Shown: positions 30,401-41,139, counted from the first letter of the stretch. The stretch: 64,000 bases of DNA from Candidatus Multivoradales bacterium (GCA_965248055.1 CBDFIJ010000004.1:3264001-3328000), one strand, 5' to 3'. The notes: generated by a model from the sequence alone, not told the origin. Made by a program: numbers and translations.

Positions 30401-30470
30401 TTCTTTGTTCGCGCTCAGTTGGCCAATTATCTACGCTTTGGCAGTTTGAGATGTGAAGTGGTGCGTCTGC

Positions 30471-31298
30471 TTAGGCTACCGGAGGAGCGTCAGCTTCTTC
30501 CAGCGCCTTGCCGAATCTGGGTCTCCACCAGAGTTCGATCGGTCCCAGCAGGACATACGCCGAGCCAATCACGAACAGGGTGACGGAGGGTTTGGCGAGA
30601 ATGGCGACGAAGCAGATTGCTGCGAAGGTGAGGAAGCGATTGCTGGATTGGAGCGAGATCTCTTTTCCGGTGCGATAGGGGATGCCGCTGACCATCAGCA
30701 GGGCCAGGGTGACCAGGCCGAGACCGATGACATAGGCGGGTACGTTGGTTTCGATTCCCGACTCTTGCAGGGTGCCAGCAAACCAAGCGGTGGTGGCAAC
30801 CATTCCGGCTGCGGCTGGGCTGGGGAGTCCTTGAAAGCGATTCTTGTAGCGACCGGCGGAGACGTTGAAGCGCGCCAAGCGCAGGCCGGCGCAGACCACG
30901 TAGGCAAACGCCACCACCCAGCCGCTCCAGCCCAAGTCGCTCAGCCTGCCGAAGTGAAAGGTAAGCAAGGCAGGGGCAACGCCGAAGGACACGGTGTCGG
31001 CGACTGAGTCGTACTCCGCTCCGAAGCGGGTTGCGACTCCCTGGGCCCGCGCCACTCGGCCATCCAGCAGGTCACAAGCCATAGCGAGCCAAATCGCGAT
31101 CACCGCCTGATCGAGGTCGCCCTGGGCTGAACGCACGACGGCAAAGAATCCCGCCGCCAGATTGGTGGTGGTTAATATGTGGGGGATCAGCGTCGCTGGG
31201 TTACGTCGTGGGTGTTCGGATCGATCATGAGGCGTTGCGGGTTTGATATCAGCTCGCTTGGTGCCCTCAGTACCAGCCCGGTGCGAAATCAAAGTCAT
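30471..31298 (-). CDS. pssA: CDP-diacylglycerol--serine O-phosphatidyltransferase
   Basis: DLLDGRVAR..FGAEYDSVADTVSFGVAP, RLARFN and FQGLPSP; follows psd. Confidence 0.9.
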   Translation of the reverse strand: MTLISHRAGTEGTKRADIKPATPHDRSEHPRRNPATLIPHILTTTNLAAGFFAVVRSAQGDLDQAVIAIWLAMACDLLDGRVARAQGVATRFGAEYDSVADTVSFGVAPALLTFHFGRLSDLGWSGWVVAFAYVVCAGLRLARFNVSAGRYKNRFQGLPSPAAAGMVATTAWFAGTLQESGIETNVPAYVIGLGLVTLALLMVSGIPYRTGKEISLQSSNRFLTFAAICFVAILAKPSVTLFVIGSAYVLLGPIELWWRPRFGKALEEADAPPVA

Positions 31299-31996
31299 GA
31301 ATCTTGCGCAGGCATTTTCGCCAAAATTGTGCTGCCACCGCGTACCCGTCGTCCTGGGGTGACCAGCGGCTCGGCTTCAGTCGGCAACACCACGTCGGTT
31401 CGCGAGCCAAAGCGAATCAGGCCGTAGCGTTGGCCGCGCTCTAGCCACTCTCCTACCTGGGGATGGCAGACGATGCGCCGGGCGATCAGTCCGGTAATCT
31501 GCACCACCTGAAAGCGCACTCCAGTGTCGGTGGTCAAAGTCATCGCGCAGCGCACATTGTCGGTCAGCGCTCGACGATCGAACGCTGGACGTTTGCGAGT
31601 ACCGGCTCTCTGGATCGATTCCACCCGACCGCTCAAGGGCACGCGGTTGACGTGGACATTGAAGACCGAAAGGAAGATACCGATGCGCAGCCCCGGGGTA
31701 CCGTTTTCGTCAACCGTCTCGCTGACCTCGATGATGCGGCCATCGGCTGGGGCGATCACGTCTTTTGGGTCGCCCGGAATGGTTCGCTGCGGGTTGCGAA
31801 AAAAGGCTAGAAAGAAGACCGCCAATCCACCGATTATTAGGGCAGGCCAGGTCCATCCAGCCCAGGCAGCCAGTGTGGCCAGCAAAGCGGCCGCGGCTGC
31901 CGGAATCCAGGCGTCCGGCACGATTCGCGCGGTCGGCCGTTCGCGAAAATGAGGGTTGCCAGGAGAGGCCGGCCGTGAGTCAAGGGTTTGCGACAT
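31295..31996 (-). CDS. psd: phosphatidylserine decarboxylase
   Basis: FFRNP, APADG, IFLSVFNVHVNR and IRFGSR. Confidence 0.92.
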   Translation of the reverse strand: MSQTLDSRPASPGNPHFRERPTARIVPDAWIPAAAAALLATLAAWAGWTWPALIIGGLAVFFLAFFRNPQRTIPGDPKDVIAPADGRIIEVSETVDENGTPGLRIGIFLSVFNVHVNRVPLSGRVESIQRAGTRKRPAFDRRALTDNVRCAMTLTTDTGVRFQVVQITGLIARRIVCHPQVGEWLERGQRYGLIRFGSRTDVVLPTEAEPLVTPGRRVRGGSTILAKMPAQDS

Positions 31997-32273
31997 GGTC
32001 GGAATTCTTGGGCGGAGTCAGTTGGGGATTCGAGTGGGTGTTGGACGTACAGCAGCATCATACCGATCTTGGATGGATCGGAAGAGACGATCGATTCGAT
32101 ATTGGCCCGGTGAGGTTGCTTTGCCTGGACTGCCGGTTTGAGGTTGTCAGCTGGTCGAGGTACCATCATCAGTAGCCGACCTGTTGGTGCTCCGGCTTTC
32201 AACACGACCGTTCCTCACTATAGGACCGTATCCATTGGCAGTGCCTAGGTTGGCAACGCTGGAGGTATTTTGT

Positions 32274-33221
32274 ATGACTCAGTTTGCGACTGAATGGACT
32301 TGGCTTGACGGCGAATTTCGGCGCTCGGAAGAAGCGGTGACGCCGATCCTCTCGCATACCCTGCACTATGGGTTGGGAGTGTTTGAAGGGACTCGCTGCT
32401 ATCAACAAGCGGATGGTTCTTCGGCTGTGTTTCGCTTGGATGACCATCTTGTGAGACTGGCCCAGTCAGCTCACATCATGCAGTTGCCCTTGGCATTCTC
32501 AGTGGACGAACTGCGCCAAGCGACGCTGGAGTTGGTGCACAAGAATCAGCACCAGAAGTGCTACATCCGCCATCTACTGTTTATTGGTGGCGATCGGATG
32601 GGTCTATATCCAGGAGAGGATCCGCAGACTCGGCTTTCGATTCACACCTGGGATTGGGGTGCTTACCTCGGGCAGGAAGGACTCGATCACGGCATTCGCT
32701 GCCGGGTTTCGAGTTTTGTCAGGCCGTTCCCGAATTCCTTCATGACCAAGTCCAAGACGGTTGGTAACTATGTCAACTCGATCCTTGCCAAGCGCGAAGC
32801 GGTTGACCTGGGATACGACGAGGCTTTGATGCTGGATACCGGTGGCAATGTTGCCGAGGGCAGTGGCGAAAATCTATTCATGGTGCGCCGTGGGCAGGTG
32901 TTCACGCCGCCTCTGCGCACCGTGTTGGATGGCATAACCCGGAATACCGTGATCGCCATGTTAGCCGATGACGGGGTGGATGTTCGGGAAGCGGACATCA
33001 CCCGCGATGAGTTGTACACCGCGGAAGAGGTTCTGCTGACCGGGACCGCTGCCGAGATCACCCCAGTGCGGGAAGTCGATGATCGGAGGATCGGCTCTGG
33101 AGAGCCCGGGCCGATTACCAAGCGGCTGCAGGAACGATTTTTTGGCATGGTGGCCGGTGACCTGCCGGGCCGACGGGACTGGTTGGCTCCGGTCGCGAGC
33201 ACCGATCGCGTGACCGCGTAA
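32274..33221 (+). CDS. ilvE: branched-chain amino acid aminotransferase
   Basis: LHYGLGVFEG, EGSGENLF, LDGITR and TGTAAEITP. Confidence 0.93.
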   Translation: MTQFATEWTWLDGEFRRSEEAVTPILSHTLHYGLGVFEGTRCYQQADGSSAVFRLDDHLVRLAQSAHIMQLPLAFSVDELRQATLELVHKNQHQKCYIRHLLFIGGDRMGLYPGEDPQTRLSIHTWDWGAYLGQEGLDHGIRCRVSSFVRPFPNSFMTKSKTVGNYVNSILAKREAVDLGYDEALMLDTGGNVAEGSGENLFMVRRGQVFTPPLRTVLDGITRNTVIAMLADDGVDVREADITRDELYTAEEVLLTGTAAEITPVREVDDRRIGSGEPGPITKRLQERFFGMVAGDLPGRRDWLAPVASTDRVTA

Positions 33222-33222
33222 T

Positions 33223-33251
33223 TTGTGACCAGATAGGTTGTGACCAGATAG
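33223..33251 (+). repeat. 14-bp direct repeat TTGTGACCAGATAG x2
   Basis: Copies at 33223-33236 and 33238-33251. Confidence 0.7.
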
Positions 33252-33398
33252 CCCTCGGTCGGCAGACCTTGGTGGTTGAGGTGCTGTTCTCTCAAACTAG
33301 GCGAATACCGCTGGCTGAAACATTTCCCGCTGCACGCCGTCATAAAGCTCATGAACCCGGAGGCCCAACCAAGGGCAGCCATCTGAAGGAGCAAACCC

Positions 33399-33950
33399 AT
33401 GAATCCCAATCGAAAGAGTTTTCTTGCCGTAGCAGTTCTACTGGCGTTGTTGGTGCCAGCCGTTGGGGTCGCCGCCGATGGCGACCGATGGATCCACATT
33501 CGAGTCCAGGACGCTAGCGACACCAATGTCGCGGTCAATCTTCCGTTGTCGGTGCTCGGGCCAGCGATGTCGGTGATTCCAGAAGACGTGCGCCATCTGA
33601 AGATCGAAGGTACCGATTTCTCGATGAAGGACATTCGGGCGATGTGGTCTGAGTTACGCAACCATCCCAATCAGGAGTTGGTCAAGGTCGACGAGCCGGA
33701 TCAGAAAGTGACCGTTTCGTTGGCCGGTGACTACTTGCGGGTGGACGCCATTGGTGACGAGAATGTCCAGGTGAGAATTCCTACCGCAGTCGTCGATGCG
33801 CTGTTTTCTGGCGATGGCGATGAGTTGGCGATCGGTAAGGCTCTGGAAGTCCTGTCGACGTCTGGAGAGCAGGAGCTGGTTACGGTTACCGGAAAGGATG
33901 AGAACGTGCGCATTTGGGTTGACAGCTCGGCTGGCGGCGGAGTTTCTTAA
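33399..33950 (+). CDS. exported hypothetical protein
   Basis: Signal peptide; AAGGAG RBS. Confidence 0.75.
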   Translation: MNPNRKSFLAVAVLLALLVPAVGVAADGDRWIHIRVQDASDTNVAVNLPLSVLGPAMSVIPEDVRHLKIEGTDFSMKDIRAMWSELRNHPNQELVKVDEPDQKVTVSLAGDYLRVDAIGDENVQVRIPTAVVDALFSGDGDELAIGKALEVLSTSGEQELVTVTGKDENVRIWVDSSAGGGVS

Positions 33951-34399
33951 TGAAGTTTCTCACCAGACCACTGATCGCCGTGGTGGCGATCACCGCTGGA
34001 GCGATCTTCCTTTCAGCCGCGATCGTCGCCGCCTCGGTACTGGTGGCACCCCCGGTCGGCGTTTCGGTCCACATTAAGCAGGAGGGGATCAAGTTTTGGG
34101 TTCCAGTTCCTTCGTTGTGGTTGGAGACGGGAGCAGCCCTGGTGCCTTTCGACGATCTGGGGCTTGACGATATGCCCGAAGAAGCTCGCCAGGCGATTCG
34201 CGCCGCTTCCGGGATGATGGATGAACTGGGGCGCATCGACGACGCGCAGCTGGTTGAGGTTGAGACCGGCGAAGAGACGGTCAAGATCAGCAAGCGTGGC
34301 AAGTTGCTGCACGTTGAAGTGCGGTCAGCCGACGCCGATGTCGATATCGATGTTCCGATCTCCACTTTGGAGGCTTTACTGCAACGGGTTGCTACTTGA
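33950..34399 (+). CDS. hypothetical membrane-anchored protein, apparently related to the upstream gene
   Basis: TAATG coupling; similar LVEV..ETVKI / V.I.VP segments. Confidence 0.7.
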   Translation: MKFLTRPLIAVVAITAGAIFLSAAIVAASVLVAPPVGVSVHIKQEGIKFWVPVPSLWLETGAALVPFDDLGLDDMPEEARQAIRAASGMMDELGRIDDAQLVEVETGEETVKISKRGKLLHVEVRSADADVDIDVPISTLEALLQRVAT

Positions 34400-34487
34400 A
34401 GACGTGCTGACGGTTAGCTAGCTGGTCTGCGATTAGCAGCTCAGTGGCTTGACCGGGCAGGGAATGACTGATCAACGACTTGACCGA

Positions 34488-35678
34488 TCAGAGCTCCTGG
34501 GGCGCTCGCGCCTCAGGATTTTCTCGTTTTAGGAGCCACAGCCAAGCGATGGTGGCAAGGGCGATTGCGATCTCCAGTCCACCCCCAACCACAAAGGTCG
34601 CCGCGTAGCCGCGCCAGGCCAGGGCCCAACTGCCAACCAACGGCCCGGTGGCGAAGCCCAGCGACCCGGCCAAGTTGAACAATCCCATCGCCGCCCCGCG
34701 AGTCTCGGTGGTGCTGTAGCGACCCACCAGGGTGATCGATGGCGGGAACATCACCGCCGCCAAGGCGCCCAGCAGGGCCATGACGATCCAAAGGTTGTTG
34801 AGGCTGGTGAAGCCGATGGTAACGAACAGGCAACCGTAGATCAGCGAGCCAACCACCAGAGGAACGAAGGGCCCAACCCGCTCCACCAGACGACTCGCCA
34901 ACGGTTGGAGTAGGGCGAAGGGTAGGAGAAAGGCTCCTAGAAACCGGCCACGAATCGCCGGGTCGTCGATCCCGAGTTGCGCCAGGTAGAGTGGAAATAC
35001 CACCAAGAAAAACCCCACCGCAAATCGATCGACGAAGTGAAACGCCAGCGGAATGCCGAGGCGCGGTTCGCGGCTCCACGAGCGGATAAAGCCAGCAAAT
35101 CGCGGCGGGCTATCCTGCCTGCGGATACGGGCCAGGCCCAGGCTGGCGACGGCAATTAAGGCGAACAGTCCACTGGCCAAGATCAAAGGGGCGCGCGGAC
35201 CGTACCAGCGCGTTATGTAGCCGCCCATTGGCGCTCCCAGGGAAACACCGAAGATCAAAGCAGCGCCCACCCAGCCCATGGCCCGAGCTCGGTTCCCGTC
35301 GCGGGTGCGATCGACCGCGTAGGCCATCAACAGAGACCAACCCATCACCGAGGCGGCACCCTGGATGAAGCGCAGTACGAACAGAATCTCGATCTGATCG
35401 ACCTGGGACATTGCTGCGTAGAGCAGCGCCGAAATACCAAAGCCCAAGGCGATCCAAGGGCGTCGGCGTCCAGTTCGGTCGCTCAAAATGCCCCACAGCG
35501 GCGCGAAGATAATGTAGGCGAAGGTCTCGATCGAGAAAAACAGGGTGGCGTCGTGGACGGTGCCCCCCAAGTCTTCGACGATGAACTCTTTCAATCCGGC
35601 AACCACCAGGGTCAGGTTGAACATCGCAACTGCGAGGCAAGACGCGACGCCCAGCGTCGCCCACTTAGAACTTCGCAT
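34488..35678 (-). CDS. MFS transporter
   Basis: GILSDRTGRR motif A; about 12 TM helices. Confidence 0.9.
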   Translation of the reverse strand: MRSSKWATLGVASCLAVAMFNLTLVVAGLKEFIVEDLGGTVHDATLFFSIETFAYIIFAPLWGILSDRTGRRRPWIALGFGISALLYAAMSQVDQIEILFVLRFIQGAASVMGWSLLMAYAVDRTRDGNRARAMGWVGAALIFGVSLGAPMGGYITRWYGPRAPLILASGLFALIAVASLGLARIRRQDSPPRFAGFIRSWSREPRLGIPLAFHFVDRFAVGFFLVVFPLYLAQLGIDDPAIRGRFLGAFLLPFALLQPLASRLVERVGPFVPLVVGSLIYGCLFVTIGFTSLNNLWIVMALLGALAAVMFPPSITLVGRYSTTETRGAAMGLFNLAGSLGFATGPLVGSWALAWRGYAATFVVGGGLEIAIALATIAWLWLLKRENPEARAPQEL

Positions 35679-35681
35679 TGA

Positions 35682-38000
35682 TCAACTGTTACTTTGTGAG
35701 GTGGCGATTGCCGGTAGCAAGCCGGCGGGAATTCCCCAGGCGTCCACCAGGCTCTGCGCTAACGGGCGCAATTGTGCCGACAAGGTTTCGTGCTGGCGTT
35801 GTAGCGCTTTGGCCTTCGACGATCCGAGTAGAGAGTGTTCCTGAAACCAAGCTCGATCATTCGCCAGAAAGTGAACTCCGAGCAAGGTCGAGAGCAGGTT
35901 GAGGGCAGTGGCTGAGCTGGCCTCAAGTGGCTGGTCGAGGGCCCCGTGCAGTGCTTGCAAGATGCGCCGTTCGACGTGCGCCTTCGCCGCAGCGATCAGA
36001 TGCACCTGGCAAGCCAGAAATGCATCGTTCAAGCTCTCGCCGGCCTTGATCCGCCGTCGCAGTCGAGTCGCCACCGTGGAGAGAACGTGATCTTCGCGGT
36101 ATCTCAAGGCGAAGGCATGGAATCCCGGATTCCGGAGATGCTCTGGATCGGTGTTGCGCACCACCACTGGATTGAGTTCGGCAACTCGTTCGGCGGCGCG
36201 CTCGACCAAGAAGCGTGCGAGCCCGATCGAGTTGAGATCGGAGAACTGCTTGCGGTACCCGGTGAGCATCGACTTGGCGACCAACTGCATCAAGACCGTG
36301 TTGTCACCCTCGAAAGTAGTGAAGACGTCGCTGTCCGCTTTGAGGTCGGCAAAACGATTGATTGCTAGGTAGCCCTGACCGCCGCAGCTTTCGCGGCATA
36401 TTTGCACAGCATCTGTGGCATGCCAGGTGGCATAAACTTTAAGCCCAGCGGCGTCGGACTCCAGCTCTCTTCGTTGGGGTTCTTCTACCGAGACGAAGTC
36501 ATCGGCCAAGCGCCGCAGTGCGAAGTGCAGACCGAAGGTCTTGGCGAGCAACGGCATCAAGCGCAGTTGATGGCTGGGATAGTCGAGGATCGGTACTTCT
36601 GGACCCTCAGCGGAACCGAACTGGCGTCGTCGGTTGCCATAGCCGATGGCGATCGCCAGAGAGGTCTTGGCCACCGACATCGAAGCCAGCGCAACCGAAA
36701 CTCTTCCACCGACCAGGGCGCCCAAAGTGGTGAAGAACCGTTTGTTGTCGCTGGGGATTGAGCTCTGGTAAACACCCGAGTCATCGACCCCTCCGAATCG
36801 ATTGAGAAGCGCGTCGCGTTCAATCCAGACCTGGTCGAACGACAAGCGACCGTTGTCGACCCCGTTGAGGCCTAGCTTGGAGTCGCAGTCCGAGATCGAC
36901 ACACCGGGCTTTGCAGACCCATCGGCAGAGCGAATGGCGACCAGAAACGCATGGACGCCAAAGTTGTTCTCGCCGACGTGCAGTTGTGCGAAGACCACCG
37001 CCAGGCGGGCGTCGCGTGCGGCGTTGCCGATGTAGTCCTTGCGCGCCTGCGGGTGGGGAGTGTGGATGACGAAGCCGTCGTGTTGCGGGTCAAAGGTGGC
37101 GGTGGTCTCCAAACCTTGGACATTGGACCCATGCCCGGTCTCGGTCATGGCGAAGCAGCCGGGTAGCTTCATGGTGGTTGCGTCGGCCAAGTATTTCTGG
37201 TGCTGTTGGTCGTTGCCCAATTGCTGGATGGCGCCGGCAAACAGTCCGAACTGGACGCCGAATTTGACCAGCACGCTGAGGTCACCAAACGCCAGGGTCT
37301 CAAACGCGGTGACGAAGGAGCCAGCGGAATCTGCTCCGCCCAATGCCGACGGGGCACTTAAAGCGCCATAACCGCGCTCTCCCAGGGCCGAGACCTGCGC
37401 CGTGACCCAAGCGCGATATTGCTCTCGACGGAGGTCGTTGGGTGGCGTCGATTCTGAATCCAGCAGATGGTCGAAGATCTGCCTTCGGATGTTGGGGAAC
37501 GGGCGCTGCAGTCGGTCTGCTAGATCGGACAAATCTTCCGCTGTCGAGGGTTCTTGCTCGTGGGCAGCAGACGGCGGCTCCAGCCCCAGTAGCAGCGCAG
37601 AGATCTCTGGCCCACCAAGTCCCAGTTCGTCGGTCAACTGAGACAGAGCCTCAATCTCTTCAGGATCTAGCTGCAGGCTAGGGTGGTCGACGGTAGCGAT
37701 CCGAATCCCCAGATCAATCAGCGACAGGCGATGCACCTTGGGCAGATCTAGCGCTCGCTTGCGGATCGCAAATAGCAGTTGATGAAGATCGGTGGGGCCG
37801 GGGGGCTGGCTCGGGTCGAGCCAGGATTCGATCGCCAGTTGGCATTGCCCATCCAGCAAAGACAGGCGCGAAACTCGGGCTCGAATCAGCTCCAGTTCGT
37901 CGGCGCTCAAGTCGCCATCGGCCCAGGCGACATAGAGCAAGGGAAGAATCGACAGCAGCGCGGGGTGCTGGTAGCAACTGAGTAGTTTTGGTTGGTTCAC
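35682..38000 (-). CDS. acyl-CoA oxidase/dehydrogenase with an N-terminal TerB-like extension
   Basis: GCFAMTETGHGSNV, KLGLNGVDNG, CRESCGGQGY and TFEGDN; GTG overlaps the upstream stop. Confidence 0.85.
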   Translation of the reverse strand: MNQPKLLSCYQHPALLSILPLLYVAWADGDLSADELELIRARVSRLSLLDGQCQLAIESWLDPSQPPGPTDLHQLLFAIRKRALDLPKVHRLSLIDLGIRIATVDHPSLQLDPEEIEALSQLTDELGLGGPEISALLLGLEPPSAAHEQEPSTAEDLSDLADRLQRPFPNIRRQIFDHLLDSESTPPNDLRREQYRAWVTAQVSALGERGYGALSAPSALGGADSAGSFVTAFETLAFGDLSVLVKFGVQFGLFAGAIQQLGNDQQHQKYLADATTMKLPGCFAMTETGHGSNVQGLETTATFDPQHDGFVIHTPHPQARKDYIGNAARDARLAVVFAQLHVGENNFGVHAFLVAIRSADGSAKPGVSISDCDSKLGLNGVDNGRLSFDQVWIERDALLNRFGGVDDSGVYQSSIPSDNKRFFTTLGALVGGRVSVALASMSVAKTSLAIAIGYGNRRRQFGSAEGPEVPILDYPSHQLRLMPLLAKTFGLHFALRRLADDFVSVEEPQRRELESDAAGLKVYATWHATDAVQICRESCGGQGYLAINRFADLKADSDVFTTFEGDNTVLMQLVAKSMLTGYRKQFSDLNSIGLARFLVERAAERVAELNPVVVRNTDPEHLRNPGFHAFALRYREDHVLSTVATRLRRRIKAGESLNDAFLACQVHLIAAAKAHVERRILQALHGALDQPLEASSATALNLLSTLLGVHFLANDRAWFQEHSLLGSSKAKALQRQHETLSAQLRPLAQSLVDAWGIPAGLLPAIATSQSNS

Positions 38001-38956
38001 GAGTCCAAGATGTCCCGACGGCGAAGGTACTGGTCGATCATCACTGCGGCGATGTTTCCGGTTCCCAGGGCCACCGCGACCTGCTGGGTTTGTGGGCGCA
38101 AATCTCCGGCGAGCCAAACCCCAGGTACGTTGGTGTCTCCGCGCTGCGACTTGGGCTGGGCGTGGTGTCCGGTCGCGGCGATCTCGACCCCCAACTGTTG
38201 TGCCAACTCGGTGCGCCCTTGTGCCAGAGAGGAGACGAAAAATTTCTCGGCCTCGATCAGCGACCCATCGGCCAATCGAAGGCCTTGCAACTCGGTGCGC
38301 TCGCCGATCAGTTCGACGATCTCCCCTGGCACCACCTCGATGGCCTTTTCTTTCAGTTGTGCCGCTCGCTTCTCGCTTAACTCGGTGTCATCCGTCAAGA
38401 GTAGGCGCAGTTTAGATGCGTAGCGAGATAGCCCAAGCGCCATTCCGGCGCCCCCGGCGGCGCTTGCGGTGGCAATCACCACGGTATCTTTGCCGTCGAT
38501 TTCTGGGGCTTCGCAATCAGGGCAGTAGTAGAGATTACCCTTGCCTGCGTATTTGAAGCAGGGACGAAAGTCCCCGTCAACGGTTGGATGGTAGCGAGCC
38601 ACACCGGTGGCTAAGAGGACTGTGGCGGTTTGCAAGACTTCGCCGTCTTCAAGCTGGAGACGAAAATCACCGAGTTTTCCCTCGGCTTGAACCACGTTGG
38701 CGCGGCGCTGTTGAGCCCCCAACTCAAGCGCTTGCGCCAATAACTGTTTTTGCATGTCGATGCCGCGGGTTGCAGGGATGCCCGGAACGTTAAACAATTT
38801 CTCCAAAGTGAAGAATAGAGGTCCGCTGCGCCGATCGACGACCAAGACTCTTCGGTTGTGCCATGCAAGATGGGTGGCCGCGCTTAGCCCTGCTGGGCCA
38901 CCGCCGACCACGACACATTCCCACTGCATGTTGGACTCTTGAGGCATCGATGCCAA
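37997..38956 (-). CDS. thioredoxin reductase-like NAD(P)/FAD oxidoreductase
   Basis: GGGPAG, LLATG, CPDC and TNVPGVWLAGD. Confidence 0.85.
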   Translation of the reverse strand: MASMPQESNMQWECVVVGGGPAGLSAATHLAWHNRRVLVVDRRSGPLFFTLEKLFNVPGIPATRGIDMQKQLLAQALELGAQQRRANVVQAEGKLGDFRLQLEDGEVLQTATVLLATGVARYHPTVDGDFRPCFKYAGKGNLYYCPDCEAPEIDGKDTVVIATASAAGGAGMALGLSRYASKLRLLLTDDTELSEKRAAQLKEKAIEVVPGEIVELIGERTELQGLRLADGSLIEAEKFFVSSLAQGRTELAQQLGVEIAATGHHAQPKSQRGDTNVPGVWLAGDLRPQTQQVAVALGTGNIAAVMIDQYLRRRDILDS

Positions 38957-39943
38957 CTAGAAGCGCAACAGTGCGGAAGCCCAGTGAAATCCGGCGCCGA
39001 AAGCGGTGAGCAGGACAACGTCGCCTTGCTCGATGCGTCCTTGGTCACGGGCTTGTGCCAGCCCGATCGCCACCGAGGCTGAGCCGGTATTGCCGAGTTT
39101 GTCGACGTTGATGAAGACCCGTTCAGGTTCCAGCCTCAGCTTCTTGCCGACCGCGTTGATGATGCGCAGATTCGCCTGGTGCGGGATGACCAAGGCTACG
39201 TCGTCCAAGGTTAATCCTGCCTGCTCCAAGACTTGCCGGGAGACATCGGCCATATGGTGAACCGCTTCGCGAAAGACTTCTTTGCCCTTCATGACGAAGT
39301 TGACATGGGCGCCTGCCTGGGCTGATTCAAGGTTGAACGGCAACCGAGTGCCTCCTGCTTCCAGCATCAGGATGCTGGCCTTGGAGCCGTCGGTGCCAGC
39401 TGCCACCGCCACCAATTCGGCCAGGGGTCGCCCGGGTCCGATCAGGGCGGCTCCGGCACCGTCGCCAAACAAAACACAGGTATTGCGGTCCTTCCAGTTC
39501 ATCAACCGGGTGATCAGTTCCACGCCGACCACCAAGACCCTCCGGTCTCCATCGAGTGACCGAGAGCGTGCAATATCCAAACCTTGGACAAACCCGGCGC
39601 AGCCACTGCCTCCCAGGTCGTAGCAGGGGATCGAACGCAGGCCCAATCGGTGTTGCAGAAACGAAGCGGTATCGGGCGTGTAGACCTCTGGTGTGTCTGA
39701 GGCAACGATCAGCTCGTCGATGTCCTCAGGGCCGACCCCGGCATTGCCGAGAGCGGCTAGTGCGGCGTGCTCTGCGAGATCAACGGTGGTTTGATCTTCG
39801 GCGGCGAATCGCCGTTCCTTGATTCCGGTTCTTTCGACAATCCACTGGTCGCTGGTGTCCACGTACTCAGCCCAGTCATGGTTGGTCATCACCCGCTCGG
39901 GCGTGTAGGCTCCGATTCCGAGGATTCCGATTGTATTGGTCAT
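38957..39943 (-). CDS. fabH: 3-oxoacyl-ACP synthase III
   Basis: RTGIKERR, GCAGF, PHQANLRI and GNTGSAS. Confidence 0.92.
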   Translation of the reverse strand: MTNTIGILGIGAYTPERVMTNHDWAEYVDTSDQWIVERTGIKERRFAAEDQTTVDLAEHAALAALGNAGVGPEDIDELIVASDTPEVYTPDTASFLQHRLGLRSIPCYDLGGSGCAGFVQGLDIARSRSLDGDRRVLVVGVELITRLMNWKDRNTCVLFGDGAGAALIGPGRPLAELVAVAAGTDGSKASILMLEAGGTRLPFNLESAQAGAHVNFVMKGKEVFREAVHHMADVSRQVLEQAGLTLDDVALVIPHQANLRIINAVGKKLRLEPERVFINVDKLGNTGSASVAIGLAQARDQGRIEQGDVVLLTAFGAGFHWASALLRF

Positions 39944-40034
39944 TGGTGTCCTCCCACAAGACAAGACAGGCATGATACCGCGCTCGACCAAGATGCGGAT
40001 CTGCTTGCAACCACGTACAAGGAGAGTTCATTCC

Positions 40035-40754
40035 ATGTTGCAAAGTGTCGCTACAATTTCCGTTCTTTCATTTTCACTCTTGGCAGTAGCCGCATGCGCA
40101 GAAACGCAGAGCGCGGCCGCCGAGCCGACGGTGCCTACCGGGGATGCAGAAGTGACTGCGTACTCGATCGGCTACGGCATCGGTCGCCAGATTCATGATC
40201 AAGGGATTGTTCTGCCCGAGGATCAGTTGGTCGCAGGATTGCGCGCCGGCATGGCCGCCGCCGATCTTCCCCTCCCCAAAGCCAACATGACGGCGGCTCG
40301 CCAACGCTACGAACAGTCTGAACAGCAGCGTTTGACCGCATTGCAGGGGACCAAGGCGGTGGACGAGAGGGCCAAGGGTGAAGCTTTTCTAACGAAAAAC
40401 GCTACCAAAGAAGGGGTCATCACCTTGGCTCCCGGATTGCAGTATGAGGTGCTGGTTGCAGGAGACGGCCCGATTCCGACCACAACCGACAAAGTCACCG
40501 TGCATTATCGAGGCACCTTGCTCGACGGCACCGAGTTCGACAGCTCTTATGCACGCAACGAACCCGTCACCTTCCTGCTCAACCAGGTGGTTCCCGGTTG
40601 GACCCAGTCGCTTTCGAAGATGCCGGTTGGCTCCAAGTGGAAGCTCTACCTGGGCGCGGATATGGGCTACGGCGACAACCCCCGTCCTGGAGGTGCCATT
40701 CCTCCTGGAGCGACCTTGGTCTTCGAGGTCGAGCTCCTGGGGATTGCCAACTAA
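40035..40754 (+). CDS. FKBP-type peptidyl-prolyl isomerase (FkpA/FklB-like)
   Basis: VHYRGTLLDGTEFDSS and IPPGATLVFEVELL. Confidence 0.92.
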   Translation: MLQSVATISVLSFSLLAVAACAETQSAAAEPTVPTGDAEVTAYSIGYGIGRQIHDQGIVLPEDQLVAGLRAGMAAADLPLPKANMTAARQRYEQSEQQRLTALQGTKAVDERAKGEAFLTKNATKEGVITLAPGLQYEVLVAGDGPIPTTTDKVTVHYRGTLLDGTEFDSSYARNEPVTFLLNQVVPGWTQSLSKMPVGSKWKLYLGADMGYGDNPRPGGAIPPGATLVFEVELLGIAN

Positions 40755-40785
40755 GCTTCGATCGATCATCGGAATCAGTGGATGG

Positions 40786-41091
40786 TTGACCCGAGCAGGG
40801 TTTTTGGCTCTGGTGGTGGTCACTCCATGGATGCTCACGGCCCCGGTGCACGCCGGGGTCGACGAGCTCGGTTGCAACGACGTACGGATCTACTCCGCTC
40901 CGTTCGAGGTCCTCGTCGGCCATTCGGTGATCGATATTCAGTTAGCCGATCGGCTAGAGCAACTGGGGCTTGCCAGGGTTCGTCAACGCCCCACCGAGCC
41001 GGGACAATTTGTCTGGGGCTATGAAGTCTTTAGGGTCTTCACCGCGCAAGAGGCCATCCAGGCCAGCGAATCTGCACCTACGCCGAAGTGA
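40786..41091 (+). pseudogene. N-terminal fragment resembling PBP1b (UB2H-like)
   Basis: RIYSAP...DRLEQLG..RV..RPTEPGQF followed by an early stop. Confidence 0.4.
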
Positions 41092-41139
41092 TGGCGAAAT
41101 CTTAGGTCGTAAGAAGAACCGCCTGCATCATCGGGTGAG

